Of a stretch of DNA of 64,000 nt, positions 25,640 to 37,441 are shown in pieces; positions within the stretch are counted from its first letter, which is position 1, and every line of letters begins with the position of its first letter. Below the pieces are notes generated by a model, which did not search any database, was not told where the DNA came from, and saw only the letters and a list, made by a program, of their open reading frames with translations. A program made the translations under genes and the position numbers. Source of the DNA: Octopus sinensis (lineage: Eukaryota). The DNA is taken from positions 22,258,001-22,322,000 of the forward strand of contig NC_043018.1 of the NCBI RefSeq assembly GCF_006345805.1. The letters are read 5' to 3'.

Positions 25640-25737
25640 GGAGTGTAAAAGATATGACCAAGAGGTTGGAGTAAGTGGGGGAAGCAGTTTGGAAATAAAG
25701 GAAATAAATGATTCTAGAAAGGAATTAGATTCGAATA

Positions 25738-25901
25738 TTATCTTTTAAAATTCAAGAGAAGTATTTCTACGATTCGAAAATTATCTTTTAAAATTCAAGA
25801 GAAGTATTTCTACGATTCAAAAATTATCTTTTAAAATTCAAGAGAAGTATTTCTACGATTCAAAAATTATCTTTTAAAATTCAAGAGAAGTATTTCTACG
25901 A
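25738..25901. repeat. 43-bp tandem repeat, about 3.8 copies
   Basis: ttatcttttaaaattcaagagaagtatttctacga at 25738, 25781, 25824 and 25867. Confidence 0.95.
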
Positions 25902-26055
25902 CTTCACAAGCCCAAAATTCTGGTCTCTTAATTCCCCCGATTGTAACCCCACGGATATAACTGTGTAGGACGCCGTTGAGAGAGACACCAACCGCTCTTC
26001 CTGTAATAACAAAGCCGAGCTGGTGGGCAAAAGCAAGGTGGTGTTCGAAGATATT

Positions 26056-26290
26056 AAGGCGGCGAGCTGGCAGAATCGATAGCACGCCGGGCGAAATGCT
26101 TAGCGGTATTTCGTCTGCGTTACGTTGTGAGTTCAAATTCCGCCGAGGTCGACTTTGCCTTTCATCCTTTCGGGGTCGATAAATTAAGTACCAGTTAAGC
26201 ACTGGGGTCGATGTAATCGACTTAATACCTATGTCTGTCCTTGTTTGTCTCCTCTGTGTTTAGCCCCTTGTGGGTAATAAAGAAATAGGT
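26056..26290 (+). mobile_element. SINE family C, short form
   Basis: 16-bp TSD ggtgttcgaagatatt at 26040-26055 and 26288-26303. Confidence 0.93.
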
Positions 26291-26597
26291 GTTCGAAGAT
26301 ATTTCTAGGGACCCAGTGAAGAATGGATGCACCAGGTTAATGCCGTGATAGTAGCTGAAGACGGCTCCTTTGAGTAAACTTATCACCCAGCCATAATCTA
26401 GCGGATATTTTTTTGATTTTTTAAAAATAATTTTTAGGTGAGATATTGTGTTTTCATTTCCTTTTATGTAAAACTGAAAATTTATCCCCGAGCTCCCTGT
26501 AATTATCTAATAAGTATCTATTCTTAATTAAAGAAAACAATTCCCTGAAATTCTTGGAGGAACTGTCTAATTATTACAAATTGGAAATATTAATATA

Positions 26598-27013
26598 CAG
26601 GAGTGGTTGTGTAGGTGTAAAAAGTGGCTGTGTGGTAAGAAGCTTGCTTGCCAACCACATGGTTCTGGGTTCAGTCCCACTGCGTGGTACCTTGGGCGAG
26701 TGTCTTCTACTATAGCCTCGAGCCGACCTAAGCCTTGTGAGTGGATTTAGTAGAAGGAAACTGAAATATATATATGTGTGTGTCTGTGTATGTATGTATG
26801 TATGTATGTGTGTTTGTGTGTTTTTACACCCCTGTAACATCGCTTGACAACCGATGCTGGTGTGTTTACGTCCCCGTAACTTAGCGGTTCGGCAAAAAGA
26901 GACCCGATAGAACAAGTACTAGGCTTACAAAGAATAAGACCTGGGGGGTCGATTTGCTCGACTAATGGCGGTGCTCCAGTATGCCCACAATCAAATGACT
27001 GAAACAAGTAAAA
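26598..27013 (+). mobile_element. SINE family A
   Basis: Full-length match with a short duplicated 5' start. Confidence 0.88.
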
Positions 27014-27582
27014 AAATAAAATAAAATAAAAAAGACATCGTCCATTATGCAACAATTCCCCGCCTCGACGCCGCAATCGCCCCCTCTAGTGGATCAGTGC
27101 ACTATTAATAATAAAGGCATGCTATAAGAATTCTCAGACAGCACAGCACCAAATGCTGTTATTTATGTACAAGTATGATGCATTGCAAGCATTATTGCAA
27201 TATAGATAAGGAAATAAGTTTGGTGATAACAGCTAACGTGCACACTGCCGTGATTCATAAAAATATTAATAGTCATAACAACAACATCAATGATGCTAAT
27301 AATAATAACAGTGATTAGTTGAGATTTTGGCACAAGATCAGCAAGTTTTAGGTGAGGTGGAGGGAGGTATCGATGAAATCGACCTCGGTGGTATTTGAAC
27401 TCAGAACGCAACGAGCTGAAGGGAATTCTAAGCATGTTGTCTGGCTCGTTATCGATTCTACCAATAATATGTGATATAAACTTGATATCACCATCATATA
27501 AACTTTACATCATGAACGCAGTTAAGACGTTCTCAGACTTGATTCTACTATGTGGCGCCTTTGGTAATTATTTTATCAGATA

Positions 27583-27976
27583 CTAGCAGTATCGTCCGGC
27601 GTTGCTCGGGTTTTGTAAGGGAAATAACTATATATGCATTTTTAGAGATGTAAAGTATAATAGCCATCTCAATATGGCTAACCACAAAGGGGGGGGGGGT
27701 TACTGTAGCTTTTTACGTTCTGAGATCTAATAATAAATTTTTAGAGAGTTACTTCCGTTATATATGCCAAAAATGCATTAAAAATGGGAAAAATTGATGG
27801 TAATTTTTTTTTTAATTGTAGACTCATCGTAGACGCGCGCTAATACCCAGAAGGGCTTGATATGAATCACGACTATAAGATACCCGGTTTTGGTTCAACT
27901 GCACCGCAAAATGTGGGAGTAGTTAGGAATCTAAATCGTAGGAGACAGACACACAACCTCTCTTTTATATATCAGA
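27583..27976 (-). mobile_element. Non-autonomous Helitron
   Basis: A|TC...hairpin...CTAG|T on the minus strand. Colinear with 14575-14968. Confidence 0.88.
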
Positions 27977-28000
27977 TATATGTGTGTGTGTGTGTGTGTG

Positions 28001-28250
28001 TGGAGGCGCGTGGCTTAGTGGTTTGGGTGTCAGCATCATGATCGTAAAATTGTGGTTTCGATTCCTGGACCGGGCGACGCGTTGTGTTCTTGAGCAAAAC
28101 ACTTCATTTCTCGTTGCTCCAGTCCACTCAGCTGGCAAAAATGAGTAACGCTGCGATGGACTGGTGTCCTGTCCATCCGGGGAACACATACGCCATTGAA
28201 ACCGGGGAACCAGACCCATGAGCCAGGCTAGGCTTTAAAAGGGCGCATTT
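28001..28250 (+). mobile_element. SINE family F (tRNA-like head)
   Basis: tggaggcgcgtggcttagtgg...ggtttcgattcc...gttgtgttcttgagcaaaacact...gcgatggactgg. The head resembles family B but the body differs. Confidence 0.8.
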
Positions 28251-28562
28251 ATTATATATATATATATATATATATTTCGTTTTTGGATTGCAAGATTCTT
28301 TATATGAATTCGTGTGTTAAAGCATATTCTGTTGTGTCTGCGGAGAGTCATTTTCTCTTTGTGCCTTATAATTTAACACACTCAGCGGTAAAATTTCGAC
28401 TTATTCCTTCCAGGGGACAACGGCAAGCCCGGTTTATCTGCGTTAGAGACAATTCTACTGCTACGAAATGATATCAGTTGGGTTTTTAAAGACCTAACCA
28501 GTTCTGACATATCAGTATTTACAGAAGCCTCATAGCCATGCCTTTGAGACTTTCCTAATTTT

Positions 28563-28722
28563 CTCCGTCTGTTACGACGACGTGTGTTGCAGTTGATCCG
28601 ATCAACAGAATAGAATGCTTGTGAAATTAGCGTGGAAGTGGCTGAGCACTCCGCAGACACCTGCACCCCCAACGTTGTTATCAGGGAGATTCAGCGTGAC
28701 ACACAAGTGACAAGGCTGGCCC
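28563..28722 (-). mobile_element. SINE family B 3' fragment, old
   Basis: gttacgacgacg...agttgatccgatcaac...gctgagcactcc...ttcagcgtgacac. Confidence 0.7.
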
Positions 28723-28920
28723 GATGAATTACACATACTGATGATTTTTGTCAGCTGACTGGACAACAACAACAACAACGAGAAATAAAGTGTCTTGCTC
28801 AAGGACACAACGCGTCGCCAGGAATCGAACTCCTGACCTTACGATCGTGAGCCGAAAACCGTATCAACTAAGCCATATGCTTGCATATGCATTGTTCTTG
28901 GTTGCTTGTGTTTGGCTCTT

Positions 28921-29315
28921 TTTTACTCTTTTACTTGTTTCAGTCATCTGACTGCGGACATACTGGAGCACCGCCTTTAATCGAGCAACTCGACCCCGAA
29001 ACTTATTCTTTGTAAGCCCAGTGCTTATTCTATCGGTCTCTTTTGCCGAACCGCTAAGTGACGGGGACATAAACACACCAGCATCGGTTGTCAAGCAATG
29101 CTAGGGGGACAAACACAGACACACACACACACATATATATATACATATATACGACGGGCTTCTTTCAGTTTCCGTCTACCAAATCCACTCACAAGGCTTT
29201 GGTCGGCCCGAGGCTATAGTAGAAGACACTTGCCCAAGATGCCACGCAGTGGGACTGAACCCGGAACCATGTGGTTGGTAAGCAAGCTACTTACCACACA
29301 GCCACTCCTGCGCCT
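28921..29315 (-). mobile_element. SINE family A, young full-length copy
   Basis: Near-consensus reverse complement. Confidence 0.93.
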
Positions 29316-30029
29316 ATAAGAGTGATGTTGTAAGAGTGACGGACATTTTAAAAGTTTAAAAGCCAGGGGTGGATTAGTTAATGAAATGATTTCGTGGTAG
29401 GCAGGCCTCACCATAAGTAGATTGCAAGAGACAGTGGAAGAAGCAGATGCCTGTTATAAATATGAAGATATTTTTGAAATATATCTTATCTACTGAACAT
29501 TCAGATTGAATATCATGTCACATAGATAGATCAGTGGATATATATATATATATATATATATGCATGCGGAAGCAGTCATTTATTAACTCCAACATGGAGC
29601 TAACAACCCTCGCTGCCATATTATGTGGCGAGATTCTTTACCTATTAATAGTTTCTAACAGTTTTCTAAACATTTTAGATGCTGCATAGTTATTTTGTTT
29701 GCCGTCTGAAGCTCTCTCCCGAGAGAGCCATTTATTAAGTTGGTATGCCGCCACTCTCTCTTCAGTTCCTTATTCTTCTCTCTATATCAGTATATTTCGT
29801 TACAGATAACGAAATATGTTTATATTATTTCCCCCTTTGTTGAGGAATATGTTATTACTAAGATGTTAAAGAAAGATACCCGTGTTTAAGAAGTCTTCTC
29901 CAATATCCTTCTCGATAGTGTTTCAGAAACTATTATCGTATATTTCCTCTCACCTCATATTATCCATCTAAGAGACTTGTCTTCCTAACAACATGCTTTT
30001 ACCATTTCTAGGAAATTTCCCTAGAATTT

Positions 30030-30065
<36 letters not shown>

Positions 30066-30067
<2 letters not shown>

Positions 30068-31930
30068 CGTTTTTCCTTTCAATCAATTGTGATTTGCTCA
30101 TTCCAATTTGGGAACATTCAAAGATATTTATCTACATATTCCTCCTAAGTACAACGGACAGGAATTATCTCCTCCCACAATAAGATATATTCCGTCGTTG
30201 AGTTAAATAACAGTGCAGCGACTTCACGTTGCCAAAAGCTAGTGGTATTATATAATCTAATGGTTACCAACATAAATAGTGAACAGTGGATGTCAGATTC
30301 AAAAACACGTCGTACTTATACGAAATATTCAAGTAGGCTCACCACCAACACAACACACGTATATACATTTTGTCCACTTGCAGCCTTTTGGGTTCCCAAA
30401 GGCAAGCGATCGTTTTCAACTGTGTAAAACTATCCGTTGTAGATATTTCATATATACAATAGATTCACACATAAGCAGACACATATGCGCACACATATGC
30501 AGAGGTGCAGAGATATATGCATGCATAGGTTTATCTGTATGAAAACTTATTAAATGTAATCGTATCTTTGTTTATGATGAATTTGGAATTGACCCGTTAA
30601 ACATGGAATACATCTATTGTAGGCGGAGGTTTAGAATACTTGTCTCCGTTTTAATGAGATATAAACTAAAAGCTTAGGTGGGGCCCACGATTCTATGGCT
30701 CCCACATATAAGGTCGCCACTGCTGCAAACGCCCTGTATCATATCTAGAGAATTGCCATCCAATCGATTGGCGTAAAGTTAATGCTCCAGAAATCTCCTC
30801 CCTCTGCTTTTTCCAGCGTTACTATTACGGCCTTTGCTCTTGGGAGTTGGATCGGCTCATGTTCTGTCTAAACAAGCGCAGGCGCTCTCATCTTTCCTTA
30901 TCCATCACTCTTGTTCTGCCCAACCCTTCCCGACGTCCTATGTTAACTATGTCCAGCCTTTTCCCGAATGTGTCTGTGGGTGTATATATATATATATATT
31001 ATATATATATATATATTTCGTTTTTCCTTTCAATCAATTGTGATTTGCTCATTCCAATTTGGGAACATTCAAAGATATTTATCTACATATTCCTCCTAAG
31101 TACAACGGACAGGAATTATCTCCTCCCACAATAAGATATATTCCGTCGTTGAGTTAAATAACAGTGCAGCGACTTCACGTTGCCAAAAGCTAGTGGTATT
31201 ATATAATCTAATGGTTACCAACATAAATAGTAAACAGTGGATGTCAGATTCAAAAACACGTCGTACTTATACGAAATATTCAAGTAGGCTCACCAACACA
31301 CACACACACGTATATACATTTTGTCCACTTGCAGCCTTTTGGGTTCTCGCCAAAGCGACCGTTTTCAACTGTGTAAACTATCCGTTGTAGATATTTCATA
31401 TATACAATAGATTCACACATATGCAGACACATATGCGCACACATATGCAGAGGTGCAGAGATATATGCATGCATAGGTTTATCTGTATGTAAACTTATTA
31501 AATGTAATCGTATCTTTGTTTATGATGAATTTGGAATTGACCCGTTAAACATGGAATACATCTATTGTAGGCGGAGGTTTAGAATACTTGTCTCCGTTTT
31601 AATGAGATATAAACTAAAAGCTTAGGTGGGGCCCACGATTCTATGGCTCCCACATATAAGGTCGCCACTGCTGCAAACGCCCTGTATCATATCTAGAGAA
31701 TTGCCATCCAATCGATTGGCGTAAAGTTAATGCTCCAGAAATCTCCTCCCTCTGCTTTTTCCAGCGTTACTATTACGGCCTTTGCTCTTGGGAGTTGGAT
31801 CGGCTCATGTTCTGTCTAAACAAGCGCTCCCCCGCCTCATCTTTCCTTTATCCATCACTCTTGTTCTGCCCAACCCTTCCACGTCCTATGTTAACTATGT
31901 CCAGCTTTTCCCGAAATGTGTCGTGTGGGT
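30066..31930. repeat. Near-identical tandem duplication, period about 950 bp
   Basis: ORF offsets 30242/31193 and 30834/31782. (TA)n at about 30033-30065, 30982-31016 and 31930-31952. Confidence 0.93.
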
Positions 31931-32022
31931 ATATATATATAATATATATATTATACACACTTACACCCAGCCACATATGACACACAGATACATATATCTT
32001 TAAACATATATATGAATAGAAC

Positions 32023-32060
<38 letters not shown>

Positions 32061-32240
32061 GGAATAATTCACAAAAAAAAAGACGAAGACAGGTGGTGTA
32101 GACAACAAACAGAAGTATTAGTATAACGCTTGGGAATCGAAAAAAGTTTTTAACGTTTCGAGCCTATGCTCTTCCACAGTAAGGAACACAGAAAGAAACA
32201 AGGAGAGAAAATAAAGGATGTGTAGTGGCTAGCGATCTCA
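32061..32240 (-). mobile_element. Penelope-like pseudo-LTR fragment with hammerhead-like motif
   Basis: Minus strand ctgtggaagagcataggctcgaaacgtta at 32151-32179. Same layout as the 3445 motif. Confidence 0.45.
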
Positions 32241-32577
32241 GAGACAGAAGTATTTTATTTATTTATATCGTAACATATTATAACAAATTATGATTGTAAA
32301 TGTGAGAGTTCAATTCCACCGAGATCAAACTTTATTTCATCGACTTTGGTGGGGGGGGGGAGAAAAGCGAAATGCCAGTTAAGTACTGGGGTGGTGGGGA
32401 GAGTAATTCCCACTCCCGTCAACATTTCTGCTATTGTACTTAATCAGAAACTGTTATAATAAGGGCTTGTAGTTTAGGCACAAGACCAGCTATTCTAAGG
32501 GGACGAGTTAGCCGATACCATTGACCCCATGTATATATATATATATATATATATATACACTCATATATATCATATAG

Positions 32578-32955
32578 GGCCAGGCATGGATGTATGGTAA
32601 ACAAAAATTTGCTTTCTAGCCACATGGTTCCTTGGACAAGTGTCTTTTACTGTAACCCAGAGCGATCAAAGGTTTGCGTAGATTTGCTTGACAGAAACAA
32701 AGAAATGTCATGTGCGTGTGTGTGTGTATATATATATTATATATGTGTGTGTGTATATGTGTGTGTATCTTCGTGTTTATGCTTTGTCCTCATCAACGCT
32801 TGACAAACTGTGTTGGCTCATTTGCATCCCTGTGCATTAGCGGTTCGGCCGATAGAAAAAATATTAGGCTTACAGAAAGTACTGGGATTGATTCGTTCGA
32901 CTAAAACCCTACAAGGCGGGGCCCCCCTCATGCCCACAGTCTAATGATTAAAACG
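32578..32955 (+). mobile_element. SINE family A, strongly diverged
   Basis: ccacatggttcc...caagtgtctt...(TG/TA)n...cgcttgacaa...tagcggttcggc. Confidence 0.7.
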
Positions 32956-33550
32956 TATTATTTATATAACGTTGCTATGTTATATACACCCCAAGAACAC
33001 CAAGTATATTCATATACCCGAAATGGTGCAGGATCTCCGTCGTTTAGATTTTGAATTGACAGAATTAGAGTGTGACAAGGCTGACCATTTGAATTACTGC
33101 TGCTCTCCCCTCGACAGGTTTCTATATAATTTCCATTTACTCAATTTCACGTACAAGTTATTGATCGACCCGGAGGTGGAGAAAAGCAAATTTGCTTAAA
33201 ATGCCACACTGTAAGATCGAACCAGAGACCTCGCAGTTGCATCTAAGTGTATGTAATATCAAATACATATCTAAGTATATGTAGTATGAATAAAATTCAC
33301 ATTAGGGGACATTTATTTAGAATGCACTAAATATTAAACCCGAAGTTTGATTTCCGAATTTAACCGCCCAGGGCTAAAATGCATAAAAATGTCAGCATAC
33401 TTACAATGCCAAAAAAATGGCTACAGGTAAACTGTTGCATATATTTCTTTAATATACTTGCCAATATTTCTTGACAAAGAAAACGCTGTGAATGAATTCC
33501 CTGCCTATCTTTTATAAATATATATATATATATATATATATGTATTTTTT

Positions 33551-33751
33551 TTCTTTTACTTGTTTCAGTCATTTGACTGCGGCCATGCTGGAGCACCGCC
33601 TTTAATCGAGCAAATCGACCCCGGGACTTATTCTTTGTAAGCCCAGTACTTATTCTATCGGTCTCTTTTGCCGAACCGCTAAGTGACAGGGACGTAAACA
33701 CACCAGCATCGGTCGTCAAGCAATGTTGGGGGGACAAACACAGACACACAA

Positions 33752-33783
<32 letters not shown>

Positions 33784-33944
33784 ATATATACGACAGGCTT
33801 CTTTCAGTTTCCGTCTACCAAATCCACTCACAAGGCATTGGTCGGCCCGGGGCTATAGCAGAAGACACTTGCCCAAGATGCCACGCAGTGAGACTGAACC
33901 CGGAACCATGTGGTTGGTTAGCAAGCTATTTACCACACAGCCAC
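33551..33944 (-). mobile_element. SINE family A, young
   Basis: Near-consensus reverse complement. Confidence 0.92.
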
Positions 33945-33955
33945 AATACATATAA

Positions 33956-33987
<32 letters not shown>

Positions 33988-34140
33988 AACAAAGATAATG
34001 GAGTTGCAAAACTTTAGCATTGCTTTCTTGAAGTACTGTTGGAAAAATATCGGCTGTCAAAGCGTAACGCTGTACCGGAGTGAAGTATCTTATTTATTTG
34101 TATCATATAACAAATTATGATTGTAAATGTGAGAGTTCTG

Positions 34141-34540
34141 AGGCGCAGGAGTGGCTGTGTGGTAAGTAGCTTGCTAACCAGCCACATGGTTCCGGGTTCA
34201 GTCCCACTGCGTGGCATCTTGGGCAAGTGTCTTCTGCTATAGCCCCGGGCCGACCAATGCCATGTGAGTGGATTTGGTAGACGGAAACTGAAAGAAGCCT
34301 GTCATATATATATGTATATATATGTATGTGTGTGTGTCTGTGTTTGTCCCCCTAACATTGCTTGACAACCGATGCTGGTGTGTTTACGTCCCCGTGACTT
34401 AGCGGTTCGGCAAAAGAGACCGATAGAATAAGCACTGGGCTTACAAAGAATAAGTCCCGGGGTCGATTTGCTCGACTAAAGGCGGTGCTCCAGCATGGCC
34501 GCAGTCAAAATGACTGAAACAAGTAAAAGAGTAAAAGAGT
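34141..34540 (+). mobile_element. SINE family A, young
   Basis: Near-consensus. Short TSD agagttc on both sides. Confidence 0.92.
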
Positions 34541-34890
34541 AAAGAGTTCACTTCCAGCGGGGTCAAACTTTTATTTCATCGACTTTGGGGGAAAGAAAAC
34601 CAAAATGCTAGTTAAGTACTGGGGTGGTGGGGAGAGTAACCCCCACTCCCATCAACATTTCTGCTATTGTACTTAATCAGAAACTGTTATAATAAGGGCT
34701 TGTAGTTTAGGCACAAGACCAGCTATTTTAAGGGGACAGGTTTAGCCGACACCATTGACCCCATTACTGATACTTTATTTTATCAACCCCGATAGGATAC
34801 GTGACAACGTTGATCTCGGCGGGATCTGTTCTGTGTTCGAATTCCGCCGAATTCAAAATCCATTCTGGGCGGAGGTGAGTAGACGGTATC

Positions 34891-35120
34891 GGCGAGCTGG
34901 CAGAATCGTTAGCGCGCCGGGCGAAATGCGTAGCCGTATTTCGTCTGTCGTTACGTTCTGAGTTCAAATTCCGCCGAGGTCAACTTTGCCTTTCATCCTT
35001 TCGGGGTCGATAAATTAAGTACCAGTTCCGCACTGGGGTCGATGTAATCGACTTAATACCTATGTCTGTCCTTGTTCGCCCCCTCTGTGTTTAGCCCCTT
35101 GTGGGTAATAAAGAAATAGG
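34891..35120 (+). mobile_element. SINE family C, short form
   Basis: Direct repeat ggtatcggc at 34885-34893 and 35119-35127. Confidence 0.92.
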
Positions 35121-36544
35121 TATCGGCTAATTCCATTCCCTCCCCTCAAAAACTGCTGGCTTTGTGTCTAAACCAGAAAGAAACAATTATAATTGCTTCA
35201 CATTTTGGCAGAAGATCAATTTTATGGAAATGGCGTTAGTTGATTATATCGACCCCAGTACTTGACTGCTACTAATCCTCATCCACCCCACAAGGATGAA
35301 AAACAAAATTAACCTCAGCCGTATTTGAACTCAAGAATATAAAGAACTGTGAAAAACCCTGCAAAACATTTTTTCCGACGCTTTAACGATTCCGCCAACT
35401 AATTGCCTTAGAAACAATAATAACACAGGTGAGAAAAGGTGTGTTTAAAAGGCGATATATAATTATTTTTACAACTTTTTAATATCATAACTTCATAGCG
35501 ATTAAGAAATACATAATATAAACATTTGTGAAACTTTCACTTTGGATTTTTCGTAAGAAAATGCTCTGTTTTTTTTTTTTTTCCTTTTCAAAACATAATC
35601 TAAATTTTAGTTTTATGTTTTTCACAAACTTAACATTGATTCGGTGCCAGATTTTGAAGGATTTTGCCAATATCGTAGAGGCGGGAATAAAATTGTACAT
35701 TCAGAATTCAGTTCAACCTATTCCTTGCATTCTCAGCATATCAGCTTTTGTGGCTTTAGTTTCAAATCTTTGGCGATTTTCCCAAAGAGCTCTGGCACAA
35801 GAAAGGAAAACTCTGTAAATTTATCCTACCCCATATCAAAAGAAGAAAGCAACGTTCGTAGTAGGACTAGATTTTAATCAGCTTTTTTTTCTTCTTCTTT
35901 GTTGCTATTTAAAGATATTACATAGAAATGTTACCCCTAATCCACGGTTGCCAAAACTTCAGTTATTTTTCTGCAAACTAAACGGCTAGAACAGCCAGAT
36001 AGATGTAGAGATGGTGGGGGTAGGTAGCTACAGCAATTTAGGAATATATACAGATTCTTCCACATGGAAATTGATAATGCGAAACAGTTACGTTACAATA
36101 ACATGACTTCGATACTCTGGAATAAGTCTGTCTAAATTAACCGAGAGATCAAAGGCAACTGTACAGATATTATTAATATATTCAATGACAGAACGAAAAC
36201 CTACGCACTCTGATAGATATCGTGATTCTCTTTCTGACTAAAACATTAACTAGAAAGATATTAATAATACTAATTGGCGTATTAGTTATAATAGATAATG
36301 GGAACGCGAAACGTAAATAGCAGACTGAGGCTTACAACTTCAAACAATACCAAAAATGGTTCTATGAAGTACGGCTTACGTTCTTTGTGGAATACTTGTA
36401 ATTCAGGAAAAGAAAACACACGACACATTCCTCGTGACCATTTTCCTGCATAAGACATCTCACATGATAACTTTCTCCTCCACGCTAAACACATGTCTTC
36501 ACAATCGCATCCTTTTATATATATATATATATAATATATAATAT

Positions 36545-36573
36545 ATGTGTGTGTGTTGTGTGTGTGTGGCATG

Positions 36574-36618
<45 letters not shown>

Positions 36619-36639
36619 GTGTGTGTGTGTGTGTGTGTG

Positions 36640-36678
<39 letters not shown>

Positions 36679-36682
36679 TGTG

Positions 36683-36738
<56 letters not shown>

Positions 36739-36792
36739 GATGTTGTGTGTGTTGTGTGGTGTGCATGTGTCTATCTATCTATCTATCTATCA

Positions 36793-36824
<32 letters not shown>

Positions 36825-36835
36825 ATCTATATATA

Positions 36836-36885
<50 letters not shown>

Positions 36886-37010
36886 ATGTGTCTATCTCTC
36901 TCTATATATATATATATGTGTGTGTGTGTGTGCATGTGTCTATCTATCTATCTATCTATGTATATATATATATATATGTGTGTGTGTGTGCATGTGTCTA
37001 TCTATCTATG

Positions 37011-37048
<38 letters not shown>

Positions 37049-37108
37049 CATGTGTCTATCTATCTATGTATATATATATGTGTGTGTGTGTGTGCATGTG
37101 TCTATCTA

Positions 37109-37155
<47 letters not shown>
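36545..37155. repeat. Compound (TCTA)n(TA)n(TG)n array with a higher-order unit
   Basis: gcatgtgtctatct...(TA)n(TG)n recurs several times. Confidence 0.93.
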
Positions 37156-37157
<2 letters not shown>

Positions 37158-37397
37158 GTGTATGACATGTACAATAAACATGATATCCAGAAACCAAAAA
37201 ATAATAATAATATTCGCAGACAAATATTCCAAGTATACCAAAAGACAATACTCCATACACTTCAGGAAGACAGGTGCTTTGAAAGTAGTAGTAGTAGTGG
37301 TGGTGATGGTGGTGGTGCTGTTTATATTGATTTCCATTGTTTACGTTTTTTCCGATTTCTAATGCACATTTTCTTTTCTCTCTCTTCTTCGTTTCAG

Positions 37398-37441
37398 ATT
37401 CCAGCGAGATATTAGGAGACAATGTGGAGAATGTTAATTAA
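37398..37441 (+). other. Candidate exon start after a strong 3' splice site
   Basis: ctaat at 37359, a pyrimidine tract, then tttcag ending at 37397. All frames stop within 44 nt (one reads xSSEILGDNVENVN*). aataaa at 37565 and 37632. Confidence 0.3.

Noticed and set aside
25738-25901. 43-bp repeat as a CRISPR array
   Set aside because: The units are contiguous, with no unique spacers.
26356-26385. ctgaagacggctcctttgagtaaac as a hammerhead
   Set aside because: It lacks the G of GAAA and has no assignable helix I or III.
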